This document shows, piece after piece, positions 11,890 through 22,941 of a DNA stretch of 64,000 nt (position 1 is the first letter of the stretch; each line of letters opens with the position of its first letter). The stretch spans positions 694,576-758,575 of the forward strand of contig MU004236.1 of the NCBI GenBank assembly GCA_010405405.1, read 5' to 3'. The position numbers and the translations under genes were made by a program. Origin of the DNA: Microthyrium microscopicum (lineage: Eukaryota). The notes beneath the pieces were generated by a model that saw nothing but the letters and a program-made list of their open reading frames with translations, was not told where the DNA came from and made no database searches.

Positions 11890-12791
11890 TACCCTCTAAG
11901 TTTCTAACCTATAGATTTTAAAATATACTTAGTATTAAGTATAAAAAAATATTAATTTTTAGGTTTTCTAAGACTAAGCTACTAAAATATTAAAACTAAT
12001 TAAAATAGGAAATAAAAGGTATTATTAGGTAGCCCTAGCGTAGAAGATTTAGCTTATATAAAAATATAAAAGATTTAGTAATTTATAATAGTAGTAGGAA
12101 TATTTATAGCGTTCTAAAAAGAATCTTCCTAAGCTAATACTAAGTACTCTATATCTACTAAATTTAGTATCTTTCTAAACTTCTTATATTCTTATAGAGA
12201 AAGAGCTTTTATTAAACTATCTACTAGCATCTTACCTATAAGAACCTATTTAATAAAGATATAGCCTTTTATAACTTCTTAATAAAGCTAGAACTAATAT
12301 ATATTAATATATTTTAATCTAGAAGATAAAAGCTAAGCCTACTTTATTACGATACCTACTATTTAGGTATTATTATTTAATATTAGTATTTTAATATTAG
12401 GATTAAACTTAAGCTATAAAAAGAGGCATTAAATTAAGATTAACTCTTTTAAGGTATTTAAAAAGAATAGAAGTTCTGCTTTTATTATAGATATTAAGAC
12501 TATCTTCTAACGTAAAGATTACTAACTAATAAGTCTTTTAAACAAGTTAAATAAAAAGCCCTAAGTTAATCTTTAAGTCTCCTAATTATCTATAAATATA
12601 GTATTATAAGCTACAAGAAATACTTCTTTGCTAATAGTAAGTACTTTAGTAGTTCTATAATACTTAAGCGCAAAGTATTTTATTATTTAAAGATATAGAA
12701 TAGTTTTCTTAATCTTATAGTAATAAAACTTAGAAGAATTCTAGTTAAAGTAGCTTAAATAAGAGGCTATATAATAAATATCTAGCCTATA

Positions 12792-13019
12792 TGTAAGGAT
12801 TCCTCGCTAAAGCATAATGGCTTTGGTGTTGAGCCAGATCTTTACAAAGATCTGGCGGCGCTAGTCCCGATTGGGGCTAGCGTCTCTAAGGATTTACCGA
12901 GCATCACCCTCTTCTTCCCTTAGCGTAGATTCTACTCTACCTCTCTCTCTCCCTTCGTACGCTAGATCGTTGAATATTATCTACTCTTTGCTTAATTACG
13001 TACCCGTTGGATCCTCACA
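12792..13019. mobile_element. Solo LTR (228 bp) of a second retroelement nested in the copia pol region
   Basis: TGTAAGGAT...ATCCTCACA inverted termini; 5-bp TSD CTATA on both sides; much higher GC than the surrounding RIPed DNA. Confidence 0.88.
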
Positions 13020-14722
13020 CTATATACTATCGTAGAGTAGATTATAAAGCTATAATATATTTAAAAGGCGTAAATTTAATCTTTAGATACCTATTCTTTA
13101 TTTAGAACAAGTTTAATAAGATTTAAGATAAAAATAACGTATTTAGTCTTCTTTATAATATTAAGCTAGAATTTAGCGTTAATTTTATTAATATACTAGT
13201 CCTATAAGATCTAGAGCTTTTAATTAGCTTAATCTTAAAGTATTTAAATATTAAGAAAGCTTTTTAGAGTACTTAAATCCCTTATAGCATAATACGTACT
13301 AAGTTTATATTTTATTTTATTTACTTTTACTTAATATACTTTTAGTAAGAGAAAGAGGAAATTATTAATATAATAAAAAAGAAAAATAGAATACTAAACG
13401 TATTTAAAAAAGTAAAAGTCTTTTAAAATAGGCTTAAACTTTATTATATAGAGAGTAGCTCTTATATCCTAATACTATAGTAATAAAGATCTTAATAGTC
13501 TATAAAGGGTATAGCAAAGTAGTAAGACCTTTCTAAAGATATTAAAACCTTTAAAGTATTAAACTAGAACTATTTTATCTAAAATAGTATTTAAAAAGGC
13601 ATTTATAGTATTAAATTAGTAAAGATCTAAATTAAACGTAGCTATTAGCGTAAGAATTATACATAATATATAGTAAGCTTTAATAGTAGTATAAATCTCT
13701 AGTTCTAGATTTTAGTATTATAGATCTCTTCTTATATAAATTCTAGCCTTATATTTAAGAAGGAAGCTATTTAAATTATACTTCTCTAAAAATACCTACT
13801 TTAAGGGTAGAATAAGCTTATTAGTTTAAAGGGTATAGACCTCTTTAAATATACCTTATTTCTAAAGTATTTTAATTTTAATTCTAATAGCTAAAAGATA
13901 CTAGTCTTAATTAGGGCGTTTTATTATTTTAAACTATATTTTTAATAATTCTAGTATATTTCTTTTATAATAGTATTAAACTAAAGCTATAAAGAACATA
14001 TAATATAATAAAGCGAGGAAGTAAGATTTATAAAGTACTAGATTAGTAGTCCTTAAGGATTATAAAATATAACTACTTCTTATAGCGTATATAAAGATAT
14101 TTTAAAAGGCTTAAATCTCTTATTTGTACTTAGTAATATACTACTATTTTAGGCAAGCTATTAGAGTAGCTAGTAGCAGTACTAGTAGAATTATAAAAGT
14201 AAAATCTTCTAAAGTATTTTCTCTTAATTTAGTATAATCTCTAGTAGATAACAGACTTATAAAGGGTATTAAATATCATAAAGAAGGCTAAGATAATAGT
14301 AATAATATAGGATTAGGCGTTATTAGCTAGTCGTTAAATATAAGTTAATTAGAATTGTTTTTAAAAGTCTAATAGCTATCTTATTTTTACTATTAATTAT
14401 TCTATACCCCCTAATTTTAATTAGGCTATTATTTAGCTTCTTATAGGTTAAATATACTACTACTAACGTCTATTTTAAGATAAGAGAGCAGTATATCTAG
14501 AGGTACGTTAGCAAATTAGTCGTTAATTATAGTAAGCGCAATAGTATTAAATTTAATAATTTTATTAATTATAATATCTCATACTTTAATAATATAGTTA
14601 TTTAAAGGAATCTAGACCCTAAAGATATTACTTTTAGTATAACCTATTAGCTAGCCTTTAATTAAGCAAGATTAAAGCTTCTTAAGCTTTAGAATATTAG
14701 GATTATAAATATAGGCTTTTAA

Positions 14723-15197
14723 NNNNNNNNNNNNNNNNNNNNNNNNNNNNNNNNNNNNNNNNNNNNNNNNNNNNNNNNNNNNNNNNNNNNNNNNNNNNNN
14801 NNNNNNNNNNNNNNNNNNNNNNNNNNNNNNNNNNNNNNNNNNNNNNNNNNNNNNNNNNNNNNNNNNNNNNNNNNNNNNNNNNNNNNNNNNNNNNNNNNNN
14901 NNNNNNNNNNNNNNNNNNNNNNNNNNNNNNNNNNNNNNNNNNNNNNNNNNNNNNNNNNNNNNNNNNNNNNNNNNNNNNNNNNNNNNNNNNNNNNNNNNNN
15001 NNNNNNNNNNNNNNNNNNNNNNNNNNNNNNNNNNNNNNNNNNNNNNNNNNNNNNNNNNNNNNNNNNNNNNNNNNNNNNNNNNNNNNNNNNNNNNNNNNNN
15101 NNNNNNNNNNNNNNNNNNNNNNNNNNNNNNNNNNNNNNNNNNNNNNNNNNNNNNNNNNNNNNNNNNNNNNNNNNNNNNNNNNNNNNNNNNNNNNNNN
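14723..15197. other. Assembly gap (run of N)
   Basis: 475 N characters. Confidence 1.
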
Positions 15198-15639
15198 ATA
15201 CTTTTTATAATTATAGTAATTATATTTAAAAAGTTATTAATAGAAATTAAAGAATAAAAAATATATTTATCTTTAAACAATTATAACTTAATTAACTTTT
15301 AAGATATAAAAATAATAAAAACATATCTAGATAGAGCTTAACAAGCTCTAAATAGTAATATAAAAATTATACCTTAAAGTTACCTATTTGGGTTACGATG
15401 TCTCTAATAACTACGATAAATTTTAAATAACTACAATAGATTTTAAATAACTATAATAGATTTTCGATGTATTTAAAATAACTACGATAAGTTTAAAATA
15501 ATTAGAATAACTAGAATTATTTAATACTTTATCCGATATATATCTAATGCGCATCTAATGTCTTTAAAATAACTAAAATAACCGTTTTACCGTTAGATAC
15601 GTAGTCCAATTTGCGATACATAATAATTTTTTTACGATG
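15198..15639. repeat. Right part of a TIR-bounded repeat unit (copy 1; left part presumably in the gap)
   Basis: Near-identical to 19568-20009 (offset 4370); ends ataataatttttttacgatg; subterminal ~20-bp repeats of type taactacgatagattttaaa. Confidence 0.85.
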
Positions 15640-18600
15640 TATTATCTTACTTCTTACCTATTACGGCTTTATAATTCTTATAAATTTAAAGGACCTTATA
15701 TTTAATATTGCCTACTTTATAACCTATATTTTTAATAATAGTAAGCACGTAGCGTAGGAATTAAATATAGTTCTCTTATATCTTCTAAGAAAGTATTTCT
15801 AATAGATAGAACTTTATAATAGTATAGTAAGCGTAGATAATCTAGTAATTATTATTATAGCCTTTCTTAACCTAAATTAGATTAATATAAAGTTTCTTAA
15901 AAGGCTTTAAACCTAAATCTATTAGTTAATAAGAGATCTATTTCTTTTGCTTTATTTTAATATAGATTTTACAAAAATAATTATTATCTTTAGTATCTCT
16001 AGAAGGAGTAACATTTAGAGTAATTTTTACGCCTTTAGTAGCGTATTCTATATAAGATACTATAGCTTTACTAATATAACCTATCCATTAGTGCTATTTA
16101 GATATAAAAGCTATAAAAATATAAGGAAGTAATAATATTATAGAAAAGGTATAGTAAGGATTATTTTTAAAGAGAAAGTAAATATTAAAGAAAATAATCT
16201 TAGCTAGAAGCTTTTCTATTTTAACGTACTTAATCTAGCCTATTTTGTTATTCTAGCAATATCTTATAACTTTTATCCTATAATAGGAAGCTAAATTCTT
16301 ATAGAAGCTAGGCATATAAGCAACGTTACAAAGAGTAACTATTTAGTATCCTTTAGGGCCTAAAATAGTAATATTTATATTACTATATCCTATAACCTAT
16401 AAGGAGACTCTACTATAGATTAAAGAACTAAGAATACTCTTATATATCTTAAAGTAGGATCTATTATTATAAATATATATATTTACTCTAAAATTAAGAA
16501 TAAATCTTCTATTAGGAAATATCTTAACTACTATAAACATTACAACTTTTATAACTACTATTCTAATACCTATATATTTAATTAGTTTAGGTAGTTAATT
16601 ATTATTATTACGTTTTTATTCTTACTCTCCTTAGAAGATATAATTAACTCTAGCTTTAAGTATAGAATTTCTAAGGCTCTTTTTAATTTTAGCTTCTACT
16701 TTAGAGTTAGGATACTATCTATTTAAACGTTTATTAAGTTAAAAATAAAAGTAATTATTATAGAGTTCTATCTTACTATAAAGGCAAGAAGGAGTTATCT
16801 TTCTATCCTTCTAAGAACTCTATAATCTAAACGTTAAGAAAAGTTAATAAGCATTTATATTTAAGGAAGTCTTCTTAAGTTAAGATATCTCTTCTTAAGT
16901 CTTTTTATTAAGAATAATAATAAAAGTAATACTAGATTATAATACTAGTATAATTTCTTTACTATAAATAGTCTAATACTTCTTAATATACTCTAAAAGA
17001 ATAAGTCGTTTATCTTCTATATAATAATAAATAAACTATATTTAAGCACTAGGGTAGAGAGCTTAAGTAGCGTCTATAAAGATATTTATAAGCTATTTCT
17101 TAGAGATTCTATCTTTATTATAAAAAGAGCTTTCTTTTTAAAGGAATATTTAATAAGTTAGCTAGAGTTATAGTTCTTACTATTTATGCCCCTTCCTTAA
17201 AATATTAAATTCTTTATTTAGCTTTAAGATTATACTAGTTTAGAAAGGATAAATACCTTTCTAAAGTACCTAAAGTATATCTTAAGCTTTAAAGATATTA
17301 GTAACGTAGTTCTAGAGACTTTTAGATACTATTTTATTTAGAAAGTTGTTAATCTTAACTATAGCATTTTTAGTATTTTAGTACTCCTAATAGTCTAAAT
17401 TATATATCTATAATAGAATATTATATTCTTAAGTAGGAGTTAACTCTACTATTTAAGTAAGTTAATTCTTATTATTCTTTATAGATACTTAAGAAATAGT
17501 AGATTTTACTAGGCATATTTTAGATAGGCGTACTAATTCTTTTAGAGAAGAACTAGTTCCTTCTAAATTAATATAATCTTATATATTTAGAATATATACC
17601 TATTATTTTATAGAGTTAATCTAGGTATACTAGTTATTATTATTCTTTAATATAACTACTATAAAGAGATCTCTAATAGTTACTATTTTAGGTAATCCTT
17701 TTATAAGGTCTATATAGTATACTTAAGAATAATACCTAGCTTTTTATAAAGATTAATATCTTTAATACTACTCTAATTAAGAGGTAGGAACGCTACTATT
17801 ATATTGAGTTACTATAGCTTATTCCTTTAGCTTAGTAGGCCGTTTTAAAGATTCCTCTAATTTAAAGGAACTATCTTAGTATATAAAAAAAGAAGAAGAG
17901 GTAGAGAAGAAGTAAAAAAAAGTATTTTATACCTCTAAAGATTAAGGGATTACCTATTTAGGTAATTTATGTTAAGTTTATTTAAAAAAAGCGCGCGTAA
18001 GCTTATAATAGGTACTTCTAATAAGTTATTACTCTGTTTAGAAGATACTACCTTAGTATCTCTATACCTCTATTTAGGAGATACTACCTTAATATAAAGG
18101 AAGAAGAAGAAGAAAAGGAGAATAAGTAAAGAAAGAAAGATATTTATACCTTCTAAGCTTCTAAGATTTCCTCTTTAAGTAGTTTAGGCCTAGCGTTATG
18201 TCTCTCTACTTAGAAATAAAATATAAAATAATTAAATACTTATATATTCTTACTAAGTATTCCTTCTGCTCTACTTAGGAATAGAATATAGAATAATTAA
18301 ATACTTATATATCTTTACTAAATATACCTTCTAGTTATAATATACTAAGCCTAGACTAAAGTACTAAAGTTAAGTTAGTAATAGTAAGATTGCTAATAAT
18401 ATTCTATAGGAATTTAGAATATACTTAAAGGTAGCGTAAGTTTTAGTACTACTATAGTTAAGGTAGTAAAGAGGTTAAGTCCTTAAAATTAAGGAATAAT
18501 AATAATAGTTTGTATAATACTAATAGTAAGTTTCTTTAAGAAACCTATTTAGTAGCTTAAGTCTATAAAAAAAGAAGTAGTAAGTATAGTAATATAGTCG

Positions 18601-19135
18601 CTATTAAGGATTTAGAAGGCATTATCTAGTACTACTAATGCTAAGGCTATTAGCGTATTCTAATACTACTAATACTAAGGCTATTAGCATGCTAAGCCTA
18701 GTAAAAAAGTTAAGTCCTTAAAGGTAAAAACTATTAATAATTAAGTCCTTAAAATTAAAAAAGCAATAGCGGTAAAAGAACCGTTAAAGACTAAAAGACT
18801 AGATAGTAACTAAAAGTAGTAAGAAGTATTGCTTATGCTTTACCTCTATAAATACTAAGGGTTTAAGGGAGTAATAGCTTTTAAAGAACTATTAAGATTA
18901 AGAATATACTAGGAGCTTAATAGTAAAGGTTATATAAACGCTAAATATAGTAAGAAGAGTACTAATAAAGGCGTAAAGCTTAAAGTACGTAATAAAGAAA
19001 AGAAGAAGAAAAAAAAGAAGGAAGAGAATAAAAAGATATTTATATCTCTAAGGTTTATAGGATTACCTCTTTAGGCGATTTCTTAATTTAATCTACTAAT
19101 TCCTTACTCTTTTTTACTATTAAATAACGTAGTAA
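15640..19135 (-). pseudogene. Heavily RIPed segment of unknown identity between the two TIR units; may be a former intron-containing gene
   Basis: No copia gag or integrase-core motif recognised. Three related ~80-bp units (~17885, ~18100, ~19000) read on minus as an RPKRQ.RKP.R-like exon end followed by a gtat donor and a pyrimidine tract; several short tandem duplications at 18040-18760. Confidence 0.35.
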
Positions 19136-20009
19136 CATTGTGAAAAAATTATTATTAATTTGAGCTATCTAATAGCACTAATAATAGCTATAACTATTAT
19201 ACGTAGTAGGTCATCTAAGGAGTTAGAAATAACTTTAAAATAACTATGATAACCTACGATAACCTAAAGATTAATAAATTAGGTAAAAGGATTTTACTAA
19301 AGTTCTTAAGTCTAATAACTAATTAACTAATTTAGCTATGCGCCTAGAAGATCTTGCTATAGGCTAAAATATAGGGTTTAGTACCTTTGGTTTAATCTAG
19401 AAATAAAAAGGTTAAAAAACTATAGAGTTAGTAAGGATTCTAGAAATAAATAAAAAAAGGAACATTAAAGTCTAAAAAACGTTTTTAGGCTGCAACTAGT
19501 AACTACTTAATAATAAATTCTAATTTAAATTATAACTTACTTATCTAAATAAGGGCTATCTAATGGTATACTTTTTATAATTATAGTAATTATATTTAAA
19601 AAGTTATTAATAGAAATTAAAGAATAAAAAATATATTTATCTTTAAACAATTATAACTTAATCAACTTTTAAGATATAAAAATAATAAAAACATATCTAG
19701 ATAGAGCTTAACGAGCTCTAAATAGTAATATAAAAATTATACCTTAAAGTTGCCTATTTAGGTTATAATGTCTTTAATAACTACGATAAATTTTAAATAA
19801 CTATAATAGATTTTAAATAACTACGATAGATTTTTAATATATTTAAAATAACTATAATGAGTTTAAAATAATTAGAATAACTAGAATTATTTAGTACTTT
19901 ATCTAATGTATATCTAATGCGTATCTAATGTCTTTAAAATAACTAAAATAACCGTTTTACCGTTAGATACGTAGTCCAATTTGCAATGCATAATAATTTT
20001 TTCACGATG
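19136..20009. mobile_element. 874-bp TIR-bounded non-coding element (copy 2; MITE-like or terminal module of a DNA transposon)
   Basis: Left end cattgtgaaaaaattattat is the reverse complement (1 mismatch) of right end ataataattttttcacgatg; subterminal short repeats; no ORF. Confidence 0.8.
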
Positions 20010-20351
20010 AAGGTTCTCTCGTTACTTCCTAAGGATTTAAATAGGTATTATAAATAATAAAGTAATAAAAAGAAGTATAAGTTGCCATAGAGGAGAATAA
20101 ATAAAGTAAAGTACTTCCTAACCCTACTTTAAAAAAGTAGTAGCTTTAAATAGTAGTTCTAACTTTAGTAATAATTATAACTTTAGAAGTAATATTATAA
20201 GTTAATCTATAACCTAAACGTTAAGTTTTAATACTAAAACTAGTATATAGTAATAGCTAGAATTTAGGAGATTATAATAATATAGTTTATAAAGAATTTA
20301 CGTATAGAATAATAAAATAATAAAGGTATATTAAAATACTAGGCTTATAAC

Positions 20352-20646
20352 TAACAAAATATAGTCTATATAGCTTAGGAAATATAAAATTAGTAAAGAA
20401 AATATTAAAGAATCTAATTAACTAACTACTATAATAACTATAGTATTTATATTCTATTAAAGATATAAAATATATCTTCTTAGAGCTTAGAATTTAGGCT
20501 ATAATAAAAGCAAAAGTAATATATAGAAAGGGGTAGAAAAGGCAAAAAGATATAATAGCTAATAGAAGCTAAATTTTGGTGTTTCTACTTCCTGATCCTA
20601 GATTAGGACTAGCGCGGATCTAGGGTTTGGAACGAACCTTCTGTCA
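20352..20646 (-). repeat. 5' LTR of the copia element
   Basis: taacaa...cttctgtca followed by TSD ctttg. Confidence 0.9.
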
Positions 20647-21070
20647 CTTTGAAAGGTACATTAGCGTTATGAAACTAAGGTAATCGTTTATGGATGCTAT
20701 TAATTTCTTTTGCTAATAAGTTCAGCATCTCCATGCTAGGTATGCCTAACAGAAATACAGATCCGCATAGCAGAGTCCATACTCCACCACACCGGGTTCC
20801 AATGCTACGTCCTGAGAACTCGAGTTGATCGAGCTTGTATTCGCTGAAGTGCGGGTTTGAAAGCTTCTCTTTCGTTGTAGCTACGGACGGACACACGCAA
20901 CAACCTAGGAGATGCTCGGTCGGAATATCCGACTGGCAGTAGGCTCCCATCAACTGGTCCTGGGCGCCCTTTTAAGGAAAGACCCTTTCATCCTTAACAA
21001 ATTTGATACAAGGTCGAAATTTTACGCAACCGACGAGCAAGACAGCAACTATCAAATTGTTTTTCGAAGC

Positions 21071-22539
21071 CTATTTGCAAGCTGAATATCCTGGAATATC
21101 TGATACAAGAGCATTCTTCGCGCTCACGCTGGCTAAGGAATCTCCCAAAAGTTCCACAGCGCCATCATTATACGACTTCCATCCCGCCTGTGGCAGTCCC
21201 TTTTCAGGGTCTTTCAGGAACGCTAGCCAAAGATCTTGCATCTTCTCACTCGTCTCCTTTTCAAAGGCCGTGGATTGGCCGTTGACAATACCATGCGTCC
21301 CAAAAACCAGAGGCAATTCGAATGAATGGAAGGCGCCCACTGTAGGGTGAATGTTTGTAAAGTTACCACGATACTGATAAAAGTAACTTGTCAGTCCTGC
21401 CTTGGCTCTCAATTTCAGATCTGTCGTTTGGCTGCAGAGAAAGGTTCCTCCCTCGTTCAGGTTGAAGCCATAAATGGCAGGGCCTTTAGCCATCTTCTTG
21501 GCCTCGCTTTGTATTCCAAAGTCTTTAAACAATGTGACGTTATCGTTCAGAGGGGAGAAATTGAGTGTGGCCGCAGCAGGAGTCGCGACGAATGCTTGCA
21601 GTCTTGTAGCATCCACTTGTCGCAAGCAGGCCAATTCCTTCTCAGGAGCGCCTGAGCAGTTGAAGTGGGCTGCCAGACCAGTGAACGGGCCTCCAATGGC
21701 AGTAGACATCGCATTTCCCATTCTCAAAGAGGCCCCACCCGAGTCAATGATAAATGATCGAGCAATAGGATTTTCCCAGTGAGCGAATGTGTACCAGCCA
21801 ACTGACGCGGCGCCGGCGGACTGTCCCCAGAGCGTGATTTTGGCTGGATCTCCCCCGAATCCTGCAATATTCTTTTGTACCCATTCTACCGCAGTTCGTT
21901 GATCCAAAAGGCCGAAATTTTGTCCTTTATTTCCTGCGGCCCCAGAAGCGAGTGCGGCAGAATTGGGGAATCCGAAAGCTCCAAGACGGTATTGTACACT
22001 GACCAAGATGTGCGCTTGAGAGCGCTGCACCCATGGGGCACCGTTTTGATAAGGCACGGAAGTCCCACCCTCACGAAGCCCACCACCATGGATCCAGACC
22101 AGGACGGGCAATTTCTCTCCAGCTGACGCATTGTTTGGTGCCCAAACGCTCAGTGTAAGACAATCCTCTGAAACTGGTCCCTCAATGAGGAATTGATACT
22201 GAGTTTGACTTCCAAATGGGCCGTTGTTCTCGGCTTTTGTTTGCATACAGCCTGGTGGCATAGTTTTGACATCGAGGGATTTAGAAGACTGTGAGACGGC
22301 TACGGGAGCGGCCCAGCGAAGAGGCCCCGTGGGCGATTGAGCATACGGAATTCCAAGCCATTGGCGGACAGAGGGGAAAGTGCTGTTGATGAAGCCGGTC
22401 ACTGCTAGAATTTAGCAGCGTTCGTAATGACAACATTGCATTTCTTACCTGATCCACTAGAAGTAGCAACAGTGAGAGTCTCAGGCGCAATCGAAAGGGC
22501 CTGCCCTAGAAGGGTCGTAAAGACAAGAGTCAGTCGCAT
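21071..22539 (-). CDS. Secreted type-B carboxylesterase/lipase; intron ~22405-22448
   Basis: Signal peptide MRLTLVFTTLLGQALS; motifs WLGIPYA..P.GPLRW, SEDCLTLSVW, VWIHGGG, nucleophile GQSAG, acid N..EG, and catalytic His in GAFHSFEL. Confidence 0.93.
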
Positions 22540-22941
22540 TGTGAAATGTGAGGTGGTGTTGGTGCCGAACAATTTCTGCAATGCGCGCTCATTGAAGTAG
22601 AAATAGACATTCTAGATAATCTACCATAACATCCTAGCTGTAAACTAGAGATTAGATATTTAGTGAACGTTCAAGCGGATTTGATTGCTTATAGGCATTG
22701 TCGGAAGAGCCGCAATATAATGGAAACAAATCATCATGAAGATATAGATGTCGGACCTATAAGTACAAATACCTGTTCCTTGTTACAATTTCTACACCAT
22801 ACTGCTGTGACATGGAAAAAATGCCCAAAAAGATGAATTTGTTGTTCAGCAGTCGCTGATGACTTCAAAGAGTTTTGAGGAACCGATCGAATTTACTGCA
22901 TCAGCGGATTCGCAAGAGTGACTGGCGTCTTGTCAATAACT

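Larger units (their letters stand above)
11595..20646 (-). mobile_element. RIP-degraded Ty1/copia LTR retrotransposon with nested insertions
   Basis: 295-bp direct LTRs; 5-bp TSD CTTTG (11590-11594 and 20647-20651); minus-strand gttataagcc after the 5' LTR (RIP form of the copia GGTTATGAGCC PBS). De-RIPed minus-strand motifs occur in copia order: integrase C-term (KAY..KL..R..G.LIGY..SNIFRVWIP, ~14570-14720), RT (KWVF..KYKARI..RGDLQ..FDAVNAFLN, ~13560-13805), RNase H (LFGG.ISWQS.RQKTVSTSTTEAELL, ~12465-12546). Confidence 0.92.

Noticed and set aside
14672..15280. 202-aa ORF in the track
   Set aside because: Artefact of translating through the N gap.
15400..15500. Short ~20-bp repeats resembling a CRISPR-like array
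   Set aside because: No unique spacers and a eukaryotic context; they are subterminal repeats of the TIR unit, duplicated at ~19775-19870.
11300..20953. Possible host gene split by the copia insertion (ORF 20675-20953 continues in frame across the reconstructed empty site)
   Set aside because: The rejoined frame has four stops in about 70 codons and no recognisable motif; not distinguishable from chance.
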